A stretch of DNA of 64,000 nt from an uncultured Candidatus Saccharibacteria bacterium. GTDB lineage: Bacteria > Patescibacteriota > Saccharimonadia > Saccharimonadales > Saccharimonadaceae. The stretch lies in the NCBI GenBank assembly GCA_963553085.1, contig CAUVLR010000001.1, positions 5,342-69,341 of the forward strand. The letters run 5' to 3'. The notes below the pieces were generated by a model that saw only the letters and a program-made list of their open reading frames with translations, was not told the origin of the DNA and did no database searches. The translations under genes were made by a program, and so were the position numbers. Positions 7,101 through 14,487 of this stretch are shown here, one piece after another (position 1 is the stretch's first letter; the number at the start of each line of letters is the position of its first letter).

Positions 7101-8657
7101 CCTGACCCGATCATTCAGCTAGTCCATATCCCGGCTGTTATTAACGGGGCAATTAATGGAAACTCTGAAAATCTCACAGCTAAGGATACCGACTACGCCG
7201 GCACGGTCATGGTGCTGACTCAGAGTGGCAGAGTATTTGCTTGGGGCAATAACTACGCCGGCAGTGTCGGCGTTGGTACTGCCGGGTTTAAAGTTCCCTA
7301 CCCCGAATCCGTTAAGAGCCGGCGAGAGGGTCATCCCGAATATTACGATACACCTCAGGAGATCACTAAATACTTTGGCGACGATAAAGTGGTCAGGATC
7401 GGACGCTACGGTCGTACTAGCGTCGCCGTTACCCAGTCGGGCAAGCTCTATCAGTGGGGCTGGAGCCACAACCAGCCCTGGGATTGGTACGACCGACTCG
7501 AGAATATAACTTGGACGGAGCCCACTCCCGACCCCACCCCATCCCTCGATAAGGTCACCGGTATAGGTGGGAGTTATGGTGATATCTATTCCGGTGGAGG
7601 TTGGCTGGCTCATGGCGACGACACCATCTTCACTAAGACTAGCACTAGCCAGCTGAAGGACTTTGGAGACAAGCTAAAGCTATCGCTTAATGGCGCCACC
7701 ATTAGGTCAGTCGACTACGTTGATTTCAACGGCAGGATAGCACAGAACCCTCAACTAGGTATCGACCAGTCCTTTAAGACGGGAGTCTATATCCTCACCT
7801 CGACCAATAAATTGCTCCGAGTTAAAAATGATGGTACTACCACCGAAGTAACCAACGACAAGATTAAGAGTCGAGGTGGCATCAGACAGATCGCTAATCA
7901 GTATGCCATCGACAACCAGGGTGGACTGTGGTACTACGGCGTCGGCATGAGTAAAGACCAAATTTACGATATGTCGCTCAAGACGCTAGGTGGCATCACA
8001 CCTCTACCTCGGCTAAGAGACATCGTCGGTGTCGATCTAATTGAGGATTTACACATGCTTAAAGATGGCTGGCAAAGACCCTGGTCATCTAGTGTACTAG
8101 TCCGCAGCATCGACGGACATATCTACGATGTATCACCGGTTCAAACCAAGTTTTCCACCGAAGACGGTGGCTACCCCGAGCGACGCTTCGCCCTAACCGA
8201 TGTGACCAAACTACTCGGTCACGATAAGATCAAACTCTTCGACGGCAAGATCCACAGCACAGGAGACACTAAGCCGGTAGATAATGAGGCGCCCGGACTA
8301 TACGGCTACTCTTACGTCCCGGAGTCGAAGCTAGATACCGTCTGCACTGTTATCAGTGGTGTAGCTAGCGCCAACGCCAGTCAAGCTCAATCACTCTATG
8401 GTCATGGTCATCCGCTGAATGTTAGCGTCACCACTACCAAGCTAGTTAACGACGCCTTCGCTCCGACCTGCGTCAAGTTGCCGCCCTTACTCACACCGGA
8501 CCCCAAACCCGGCCCAACACCAAATCCGAAGCCGACGAAACCGACTAGCGGTATCAAGGCGCCCTTTGACCGGCCCAAAGCACCCGGTGTACCTAATACC
8601 GGTAGTGAGCCACTCTTTATGAGCGTACACCGAGCACCAATCTTCGCTCGGCGCTGA
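4107..8657 (+). CDS. Secreted or surface protein made of three tandem RCC1-like propeller modules, each ending in P-N-T-G
   Basis: 1516 aa with an N-terminal signal or anchor segment. RCC1-type blades are present (GKVYSWGNNIYGGVGN, GKLYAWGNNIAGGVGN, GRVFAWGNNYAGSVG). Modules span about aa 60-526, 527-996 and 997-1499. GGAGG Shine-Dalgarno before the ATG. Confidence 0.75.
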   Translation: MKVVDRVSKIRPIKSWCGLKQALTATTLALFSVLLMTSPVIAVCQRDITGKQTGQPVSEDHTSNVIQLIHLAHTANTFNTEYGAYSNKDSNYAGTTIALLRNGKVYSWGNNIYGGVGNNTTCTMTSNVYLKRPPCYYNQPQDITKYFGNDKVAKLANRSQRAIAITESGKIYRWGQPPLDEDGKDIIRHPTQYQELAPYHIIGYSGTDRGGPGTVGGGWYAYSDDTIFDISDDKVSMIKPQLNGATIRSVDCVWRTKEFQPDNPDKDEGGLYVLTSTNKLLRVQDDGKTTEITNSEIAKRGGFKQIYHYYAIDHQGGLWLYGHPKYEGESTLVDMHPRLVGSIGTNLPALQEFVNSNGVEISSSTKRDPIVRGVDNHFYYLATYYTNESRLMLNPIDITASTKHQNIRLFHGDAGAVNDKTPLEIATDYSNQLFYDYSFIPEGSDTDLVCTTAEGLSMHHEIIGEDPSLNLTPTLPLRQQPKQDKTGDTAPTCVKIPSDKPKPDPIKPPTPNTPNQPKLPGVPNTGLRDDKVVQLVHSPATFDYYGEQKHGMGTWRDQDYAGTTVVLTESGKLYAWGNNIAGGVGNGTGYGATSNKKPPVYYSDPQDITRFFNGDKIVKLVNHRHAFAAITSSGKVYYWGHGLFDKDRKPIIHPVTLSELSPYHIIGFGRDIDPGNYNGSSSYVASHPDNMSDCLAFSKDTIFVLDCYRYTSRLQYHDEAKNRIKPQLSSGATILDVDHITRRTPTAEEPEPDKGGYYALTSDHKLLRVLEDGTTSEITNSEIKKRGGFKQLSYAGHYAIDRQGGLWYYGYREGNDSIHDMAKISTSGKLPHLDSFFNVLGPVARGADGAIYAITDTHINSPNQYFVGRSVDPIDVGTLLGGKQKIKLLSGEVETRYRGDSGYTNDYYPPKDLPFYDFAFVPQSQPDTVCVGLSGAAYNRIHGENRGPLFETIQPVDGTLPSTCVKLPPWNDGKSNPSPVPGAPTTSKAPGVPNTGSQPDPIIQLVHIPAVINGAINGNSENLTAKDTDYAGTVMVLTQSGRVFAWGNNYAGSVGVGTAGFKVPYPESVKSRREGHPEYYDTPQEITKYFGDDKVVRIGRYGRTSVAVTQSGKLYQWGWSHNQPWDWYDRLENITWTEPTPDPTPSLDKVTGIGGSYGDIYSGGGWLAHGDDTIFTKTSTSQLKDFGDKLKLSLNGATIRSVDYVDFNGRIAQNPQLGIDQSFKTGVYILTSTNKLLRVKNDGTTTEVTNDKIKSRGGIRQIANQYAIDNQGGLWYYGVGMSKDQIYDMSLKTLGGITPLPRLRDIVGVDLIEDLHMLKDGWQRPWSSSVLVRSIDGHIYDVSPVQTKFSTEDGGYPERRFALTDVTKLLGHDKIKLFDGKIHSTGDTKPVDNEAPGLYGYSYVPESKLDTVCTVISGVASANASQAQSLYGHGHPLNVSVTTTKLVNDAFAPTCVKLPPLLTPDPKPGPTPNPKPTKPTSGIKAPFDRPKAPGVPNTGSEPLFMSVHRAPIFARR

Positions 8658-8682
8658 CAATATCAAGCAGAGAAAAAGAAAA

Positions 8683-8706
8683 GGGGCTACCTCGTAAGGT
8701 GGCCCC
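8683..8706. terminator. Bidirectional hairpin between convergent genes
   Basis: GGGGCTACC-TCGTAA-GGTGGCCCC, a 9-bp stem including one G.U pair. Confidence 0.5.
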
Positions 8707-8734
8707 GGAAATGAAGTAAGGACAGAGGTGACGG

Positions 8735-8968
8735 CTAAGCGTCATCTACCTCGTCGAGCAGCCCCTGCCGGAGTTGCTCTCGAACATCAAGCCAACCAGG
8801 CTTGATGTTCATTTTGCGATGACTCTTCCTGCCACCCCCTCTCATAGGGGTGACGTTCCCCCGGAAGGTAGGCTTAGCCACCTTGCCAGAAAGAACCATC
8901 TTGTCGTGCTCTGACAACTTCATCTCTCCGCCCTCCTCAGGCTCGTAGGCTACCGATGACCGATTCAT
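8735..8968 (-). CDS. Small basic hypothetical protein
   Basis: 77-aa ORF. The start may be the internal MKLSEHDK. No family recognised. Confidence 0.3.
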   Translation of the reverse strand: MNRSSVAYEPEEGGEMKLSEHDKMVLSGKVAKPTFRGNVTPMRGGGRKSHRKMNIKPGWLDVREQLRQGLLDEVDDA

Positions 8969-9051
8969 CGGTACAACCTATACGCACTATCATGACAAGC
9001 TTCCGACTATTCGTCAAGCACGACATCATATCTGTCAGTCATCAGCACCGG

Positions 9052-10884
9052 CTACAGTGTCGATAGCTTAGCTCGCCGATCATGCTCTCGCTCGATCGCT
9101 TCCGCCAGCTCATCGGGCGTAAACTGCTTTGCTTCGTCAGTCGCCTCGCCAACCAGATCCTTGCGAATACGGACACCGATTCGCCCTGATTCCGCCTCTC
9201 GGTCGCCAATTACCACTGTATAGGGCACCTTATACAGCTCTGCCGAGCGAATCTTCTTGCCGATCGAGCCGTTACTATCATCCACCGTGTAGCGAATCTG
9301 ATGAAGCTGAGCCTGCTTGACCAGCCGGTCAACCATAACATCCACCGCCGGCGCATCCTTGACCTTGATAATTCGTAGCTGCTCCGGCGCCACCCAGACG
9401 GGAAACTTACCTGCGGTATGCTCAATATAGACCGACAGAAACCGCTCCAGCGAACCAAGCAAGGCGCAGTGGATCATCACCGGTCGCTGAGGCTGACCGG
9501 CTTGGTCGATATACTCCAGCTCAAAGCGCTCCGGCTGAACGAAGTCTAGCTGAGCAGTCGCCAGCTGATGCTCCCGCCCTAGGGCATCAGTCGCCATGAA
9601 GTCGATCTTCGGACCATAAAAGGCCGCCTCGCCATCTTGCTCGTAATATTCGACATCACCCAGGCGCAAGACAGCTTGCTTGAGCTGCTTTTGCGCCGAG
9701 TCCCAGAGCTCCCGGTCGCCCAGATAGGCGTCCGAGTCGTCCCGATAGCTCAGACGCACCCGGAGCTTCATGTCGAATAGTTCATAGATCACCTTGACCG
9801 CCGATAGTAAGTTGGCAATCTCGCCCTCTATCTGGTCGGGGCGGACAAAGTCGTGCGAGTCATCCTGAGTCAGGGCTCGCACCCGAGCCAGCCCGCCCAG
9901 CTCGCCTGACTTTTCATCTCGATAATCAGTGGTGACCTCCATATAGCGTTGCGGTAGATCCCGATAGCTCCGCACCCTAGAGGCATAGATTTGCCCGTGA
10001 TGAGGGCAGTTCATCGGCTTGAGGACGAATTGGTCGCTAGTCTCTTGCGACTTAACCAGGAATAACTCACCGCCAAACTTCGCCCAGTGGCCCGATTTGA
10101 CGTAGAGATCCTTCTTAGTCATGTGAGGCGTCCAGACCTTCTCAAAGCCAATGCCCGCTCTGATCTCGGTCGATAGCCGGGCAATCTCATCTCTCAGCAC
10201 TGTACCTCGGGGAGTAAACATCGGTAACCCCGCTCCGACTAGGTCGCTAGTGACGTAGAGATCCAGCTCTCGCCCCAGCTTGCGGTGATCTCGGGACTTC
10301 GCTTCGGCTTGACGAGCCAGATAGTCGTCAAGCTCCGCCTTAGTGGCGAAAGCGACGCCGTAAACTCGTTGCATCATCGGCTTGGTTTCATCGCCTCGGA
10401 AATATGCTCCGGCAATCTTAGTCAGGTGAAAGCCATCAGCCGGGATGTCACCTGTATTTGCCACGTGTCCACCCATGCATAAGTCAGTAAAGTCACCATT
10501 GGTATAGAAAGACATCTCGCTGCTAGCCGGTTGCTCTTTCCCCTTGGCGCCCGCCTTGGTAGTACCGTGATGCCGGAAATCCTGAATCAGCTCCAGCTTA
10601 TAGATCTGGTCATTCTCCTGTGCCCATTTCTCCGCCTCAGCGATGGTCTTGGTGCTACGCTCGAAGGGTTGCTTCTCTGCTATGATCCGGCGCATTTCAG
10701 CCTCAATCTTAGACAGGTCATCATCAGTCAGATGGGTCTCACCCAGGTCCATGTCGTAGTAGAAGCCGTTTTCGATGGCCGGACCGACACCAAGCTTGAC
10801 GCTGTCGCCATAGAGGCGACGGGTGGCGGCCGCTAAGACGTGCGCCAGGCTGTGCCTGACACTAGTAATATCTATCTCACTCAT
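9052..10884 (-). CDS. thrS: Threonine--tRNA ligase
   Basis: 610 aa with SVRHSLAHVLAAA (second additional domain), a class II core and an anticodon-binding C-terminus typical of ThrRS. Confidence 0.95.
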   Translation of the reverse strand: MSEIDITSVRHSLAHVLAAATRRLYGDSVKLGVGPAIENGFYYDMDLGETHLTDDDLSKIEAEMRRIIAEKQPFERSTKTIAEAEKWAQENDQIYKLELIQDFRHHGTTKAGAKGKEQPASSEMSFYTNGDFTDLCMGGHVANTGDIPADGFHLTKIAGAYFRGDETKPMMQRVYGVAFATKAELDDYLARQAEAKSRDHRKLGRELDLYVTSDLVGAGLPMFTPRGTVLRDEIARLSTEIRAGIGFEKVWTPHMTKKDLYVKSGHWAKFGGELFLVKSQETSDQFVLKPMNCPHHGQIYASRVRSYRDLPQRYMEVTTDYRDEKSGELGGLARVRALTQDDSHDFVRPDQIEGEIANLLSAVKVIYELFDMKLRVRLSYRDDSDAYLGDRELWDSAQKQLKQAVLRLGDVEYYEQDGEAAFYGPKIDFMATDALGREHQLATAQLDFVQPERFELEYIDQAGQPQRPVMIHCALLGSLERFLSVYIEHTAGKFPVWVAPEQLRIIKVKDAPAVDVMVDRLVKQAQLHQIRYTVDDSNGSIGKKIRSAELYKVPYTVVIGDREAESGRIGVRIRKDLVGEATDEAKQFTPDELAEAIEREHDRRAKLSTL

Positions 10885-10891
10885 GCTATGT

Positions 10892-10900
10892 ATTATAGCA
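10892..10900 (-). promoter_or_regulatory. Extended -10 box TGCTATAAT, 7 nt upstream of the thrS ATG
   Basis: Read directly. No Shine-Dalgarno sequence is possible in the gap. Confidence 0.55.
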
Positions 10901-10950
10901 CCCCGAACTTTTGCATATAGCTGGCTGATTTGCTAGTATGAATGCCATAT

Positions 10951-11027
10951 GGGTCGGTAGCTCAGTTGGCTAGAGCGCATCCTTGACGTGGATGAGGTCA
11001 GGAGTTCGAGCCTCTTTCGACCCACCA
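10951..11027 (+). tRNA. tRNA-Val (GAC)
   Basis: Manual cloverleaf: acceptor GGGTCGG/TCGACCC, D arm GCTC/GAGC, anticodon loop TTGACGT, T loop TTCGAGC, encoded CCA. Confidence 0.9.
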
Positions 11028-11035
11028 GCATTATC

Positions 11036-11062
11036 GCCACTACCTCAGGTAGTGGCTTTTTT
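11036..11062 (+). terminator. Rho-independent terminator after tRNA-Val
   Basis: GCCACTACC-TCA-GGTAGTGGC followed by TTTTTT. Confidence 0.8.
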
Positions 11063-11231
11063 ACGCCTATTTACCCCAGACTTTTCCACAGAAAATTGCA
11101 GCTTCCCTTCAGCGACCTCATCATCTCTCACTACTGATACTGCCCACTATTCCCGCCTTTTCCACAGATTATTATGGCTTATTCGGTCGTCATTATGCAC
11201 CCTATGATATATTCACCACCATCGGCTACCA

Positions 11232-11260
11232 TTGACATACAGTGACGGCTAGGGTATAGT
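11232..11260 (+). promoter_or_regulatory. Near-consensus sigma-70 promoter of an orphan transcription unit
   Basis: TTGACA (11232-11237), 17-nt spacer, TATAGT (11255-11260). Confidence 0.55.
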
Positions 11261-11261
11261 A

Positions 11262-11506
11262 ACAATGCTTATGAACAAGAGTTCAAAGGCGAAGAGCCAG
11301 CGCTCATCTCGCCTAGCACAGTTCCACATTTACTTTGAAAGTATCTAGGTTAGTCGCTTGAGCGATGATCACCACACTTTCCTAGCTCCCAGCGCAGAGC
11401 TGCGAGGCTGCACCGGGAGCTAGATAGTATCTCAGGAACGACCAAAAACTAGTACATTAGTTGCCCGCCCCACCATGGAGAAATCCAAAAGTGGCGGGTC
11501 TTTTTG
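11262..11506 (+). ncRNA. Candidate ~240-nt noncoding RNA, or leaderless micro-ORF transcript, of unknown family
   Basis: Bounded by the promoter at 11232-11260 and a hairpin plus T-run at 11463-11506. Contains several stems, for example CTAGCTCCC...GGGAGCTAG. The only ORF is 25-27 codons. Confidence 0.3.
11463..11506 (+). terminator. Terminator-like hairpin with T-run
   Basis: CCCGCC..(loop)..GGCGGG followed by TCTTTTT. Confidence 0.55.
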
Positions 11507-11532
11507 TTGTTCGACACCTTTAGCCCCTCATT

Positions 11533-11633
11533 CTTCGTCTACATCATCATTTCCTTCAGACCCGCCTGGCTGGCTCGTGCACTGCTGAGCTTCAAGCGTG
11601 CACAGTCTTCAGGAAATGACGATGCAGACGAAG
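11533..11633 (+). repeat. hpB copy 2
   Basis: 101 nt, near-identical to 963-1063. Confidence 0.85.
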
Positions 11634-11670
11634 GACAAGAGACACCATTTGAGGCGGAAGGAAGGTTATG

Positions 11671-11975
11671 TCTGTAATTTCCCTAGTCTCATTTCTTAAT
11701 CTAATCTCAATTAAAGCAGGCATTCCTAGGTACGAGTAGTACAGTGTGGTTGACGAAGGCTGTTGATACATCAGTAAGCTAGCAATTGCCAGTGGTGCTA
11801 GCTACGTCGCCAGCCTGTCCAGCTGATGCTAGTTAGGCTAACCTGACATACACAGAGCGTTATTACACCCTAAGTCCTCTTTGCGGTTGTTAGTATTAAG
11901 TATCGTGCTGGAGCCTGAGGAGACCACCTGTACTGCTCGTACACTATAGGGCTATACGTGGAGGGGAAATTACAG
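11671..11975 (+). repeat. elA copy 2 (long form) with nested modI at 11814-11913
   Basis: Same termini and arms as copy 1. An extra ~100-nt stem-loop (CCTGTCCAGC...GCTGGAG) lies between CGTCGCCAG and CCTGAGGAG. Confidence 0.85.
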
Positions 11976-12010
11976 GTGCCAACGGCAATCACGGGCTTTA
12001 CCCTCATATT

Positions 12011-13678
12011 CTAGCGTCTAGGTTTGGTGGCTTTGGGTTTGACCTGCTTGATCGCCTTTTCGGTCACATCGAACTTCTCCATGTAATTGCCCGTCAGTAG
12101 TCGCCACTGAGCAGCATAAGCCGAAGCACTACTATAGACGATGGCATTGATCGGCATCAGCGCCCACTGCAGCACCATCAGCAAGCTTCTACCTTTGCGA
12201 TAGCGCTTCGGACGAGTCGGTAGCATAGAGAGTGAAGTAATTACCGTGATCAGCAGCCCAACCACCGCTATCTGTTGTACTCGAGAGACGATCAGCGGCA
12301 AATCATTGACCAGGATGCTATTATGGGCGGCGATTGGATTGATGTAGAGAGGAGCAAAAGCGCCGAAGCCGACGATCGGCGCCATACAGGCCAGTGAAAC
12401 GTGTCCCTCAAGCGAGCGAAAGAAACGAGCCCAACCGTCCAATAAGCTCCCCCGGAACTTGCCACTCATCAGCCGAGTGGCGATATAGGCGTCGTCCGAA
12501 GCACCGTATGCCCAGCGCCGCATCTGAATAAACTGCGCCTTGAGCGTCCGCCGGTAGGTACTCGACAGCACCGCATCCTGCCCGATGCTTAGCCGCAGCG
12601 GGATCACCTCATAGTTACCGTCAAAGAAGAAATAGCTGCGCCAGTATTGATGTCCGTCTTCGACGATCGTCCGCTTGCTCCAATAGTTCATCTGCTCCAG
12701 CGCCCACAGCCCTTGCGAGTGCGAAGCAAAGTTCTTTAGGGTATTGGGGCGCATTGACGAGATGACATTCCAGAAAGAATTAGACAGCGCTACCACTCGC
12801 ATCGGAGCCGGCGCATCCCAGATGTTGTTGTTGAACAGACATATCGGCTGAAAGGAACATTGTTGCCTATTCTCAGTCGTGATCCACCGGTATGTCAGAT
12901 AGGAGAAATACTGCTTATCCGGCTTGTTATCGGAGTCTAGAGTAGTCACGATGACATTACTAGGGTCAATCCGGTGACGCTTAACCCAGGCTGATACCTG
13001 AGGACCAGCATAGGTCAGGTTCGGACCCTTGCCCATCACCTCATCAGGTAGATCAGCCGGATGTTGCACAAAAACCAGATCACGAAATACTCCCGACCAA
13101 TGCTCCTTGATCTGAGCTACGGTATCTAGGGCATTTTGACCACCCCGTTCTTCGTAAGCGATGAAGACCACTAGATTATGCTTGATGTCATAATCCAGCT
13201 CAGCCAAGTTTTGTATGGTCGGACCAAGCACCTGGTAGCTCTCGTTGTATAGGGCAACGATAACCACGTTGACGATCTGCTTTGGGTCGATACACATATT
13301 TTTGTGTTCAGTTAGATAGCTTAGCTTAGCTATATGGTCAGCTAGTGTATACTCCTGAGCAACTTTTTTACTCGGTATCTGCCGGTAGCGGGCTAACGCT
13401 TTGGCCAGGTGCCTTAGGTCATCCAGTCGCCCTGCCCAATCAAGCGCCGAGGTGCGTTGCATCGCCAAACGCCCCTGGACGGTCCGATATGCCGTGGTGA
13501 CCGCTCGGACGAAAGTCAGCAGGACTAGCGAAAGTATGTATAGCGAGGCAATCAGCGGGCTAAGAAAGCTCAGCAAGATCAGCAGGATCACCGCCCCTAT
13601 CGAGATCGCCCCCGGCAATATCTCAAGCAAGCGGTACCGTCGAGTCCGCTTGCCTAGGGGTATCTCAATATCTGTCAT
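12011..13678 (-). CDS. Processive family-2 glycosyltransferase (cellulose/chitin-synthase-like), membrane-embedded
   Basis: VIVALYNES, TTLDSDN and QMRRWAYG (QxxRW) motifs plus flanking TM segments. Start taken at ATG 13678 (MTDIEIP) after a GAGGAA Shine-Dalgarno. Confidence 0.8.
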   Translation of the reverse strand: MTDIEIPLGKRTRRYRLLEILPGAISIGAVILLILLSFLSPLIASLYILSLVLLTFVRAVTTAYRTVQGRLAMQRTSALDWAGRLDDLRHLAKALARYRQIPSKKVAQEYTLADHIAKLSYLTEHKNMCIDPKQIVNVVIVALYNESYQVLGPTIQNLAELDYDIKHNLVVFIAYEERGGQNALDTVAQIKEHWSGVFRDLVFVQHPADLPDEVMGKGPNLTYAGPQVSAWVKRHRIDPSNVIVTTLDSDNKPDKQYFSYLTYRWITTENRQQCSFQPICLFNNNIWDAPAPMRVVALSNSFWNVISSMRPNTLKNFASHSQGLWALEQMNYWSKRTIVEDGHQYWRSYFFFDGNYEVIPLRLSIGQDAVLSSTYRRTLKAQFIQMRRWAYGASDDAYIATRLMSGKFRGSLLDGWARFFRSLEGHVSLACMAPIVGFGAFAPLYINPIAAHNSILVNDLPLIVSRVQQIAVVGLLITVITSLSMLPTRPKRYRKGRSLLMVLQWALMPINAIVYSSASAYAAQWRLLTGNYMEKFDVTEKAIKQVKPKATKPRR

Positions 13679-13689
13679 AGATTCCTCGC

Positions 13690-14070
13690 TCAGATCACGT
13701 GGACGACCATAGCAGAACCAAGTACTCCGATCACCAAGCCAGCTAGAGCAGTCAGCCATAGCCAACAAAGAGCCAGCTGACGACCCTTGACGGCTAATAG
13801 CTTGAGCGAAACCAGTAGATTAGCTACGAAGACTACCGCCGGAAAGACAGCAAAATTAAAAATATAATACCAGGGAGCGTCGCTGGAGGTGCAGTTGATG
13901 GCTGCTTTGCCGATAATCTCACAGTGGGTCTTGATAGTTAGTCCTGCCCGAGCGTGCGTCAGAGCGATAACGATCATCACCAGCATCTCCAGCAGACAGA
14001 CTATGCTTAGTACGACAAAAAAGCGACTCTTGATCGCATCTGCTACAGCCTCTTTGATTTGCTTGCTCAT
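13690..14070 (-). CDS. Small integral membrane protein
   Basis: About 126 aa from MSKQIKEAV with four hydrophobic segments. Stop lies 11 nt before the GT2 start. Confidence 0.45.
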   Translation of the reverse strand: MSKQIKEAVADAIKSRFFVVLSIVCLLEMLVMIVIALTHARAGLTIKTHCEIIGKAAINCTSSDAPWYYIFNFAVFPAVVFVANLLVSLKLLAVKGRQLALCWLWLTALAGLVIGVLGSAMVVHVI

Positions 14071-14083
14071 CTTACTTCCTTTA

Positions 14084-14157
14084 TGGTGCGGGTGCAGAGA
14101 GTCGAACTCTGGTTCCAACCTTGGGAAGGTTATGTATTACCGCTATACGACACCCGC
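14084..14157 (-). tRNA. tRNA-Gly (CCC)
   Basis: Manual cloverleaf: GCGGGTG acceptor, anticodon loop TTCCCAA, T loop TTCGACT, encoded CCA. Confidence 0.9.
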
Positions 14158-14176
14158 ATATTAGAGTCCAAAGTAC

Positions 14177-14253
14177 TGGAGCCACCTCGGAGATTCGAAC
14201 TCCGGACCCCCGCTTTACGAAAGCGATGCTCTAGCCAACTGAGCCAAGGTGGC
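14177..14253 (-). tRNA. tRNA-Thr (CGT)
   Basis: Manual cloverleaf: GCCACCT/AGGTGGC acceptor, anticodon loop TTCGTAA, T loop TTCGAAT, encoded CCA. Confidence 0.9.
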
Positions 14254-14323
14254 ACGCCTTAGTATATTATACCATGTGAGTTGCAAAAGCCGATGGGTTT
14301 TGCTACTATACGCCTAGAGTTTT

Positions 14324-14401
14324 GCGCCTGTAGTGAAGCTGGTCCATCACGCCTCCCTGTCACGGAGGAGATCGCCGGTTCGAATCCGGTCGGGCGCGCC
14401 A
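14324..14401 (+). tRNA. tRNA-Asp (GTC)
   Basis: Manual cloverleaf: GCGCCTG/CGGGCGC acceptor, anticodon loop CTGTCAC, discriminator G, encoded CCA. Confidence 0.9.
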
Positions 14402-14453
14402 TGAGTAAGACCCTAAATAGATCTCATCAACCTAAGGTTACTCTAGAGCATGG

Positions 14454-14487
14454 TTAGTCGGTTACGCTTTGTAACCGACTAATTTTC
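14454..14487 (+). terminator. Terminator hairpin after tRNA-Asp, overlapping the stop codon of the convergent CDS
   Basis: TTAGTCGGTTAC-GCTTT-GTAACCGACTAA followed by TTTTC. Confidence 0.6.

Noticed and set aside
8592-8657. Canonical LPxTG sortase sorting signal at the C-terminus of the 1516-aa protein
   Set aside because: The motif is VPNTG. It is followed by only 17 weakly hydrophobic residues, or by 2 residues in the paralog, so the usual TM segment plus charged tail is absent. It is kept only as a hypothesis in the findings.
11082-11166. Replication origin: two DnaA-box-like 9-mers (TTTTCCACA at 11082-11090 and 11158-11166, both within CTTTTCCACAGA)
   Set aside because: There are only two boxes, both in the same orientation. 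No dnaA or dnaN is nearby and there is no obvious AT-rich unwinding element. This is insufficient for an oriC call.
11262-11506. SRP RNA, 6S RNA, RNase P RNA or tmRNA identity for the two orphan transcription units (11262-11506 and 28346-28440)
   Set aside because: Signature sequences that I know (for example GGAAGCAGC of SRP domain IV, GGAAAGTCC of RNase P, a tRNA-like tmRNA end) are absent. No family assignment is made.
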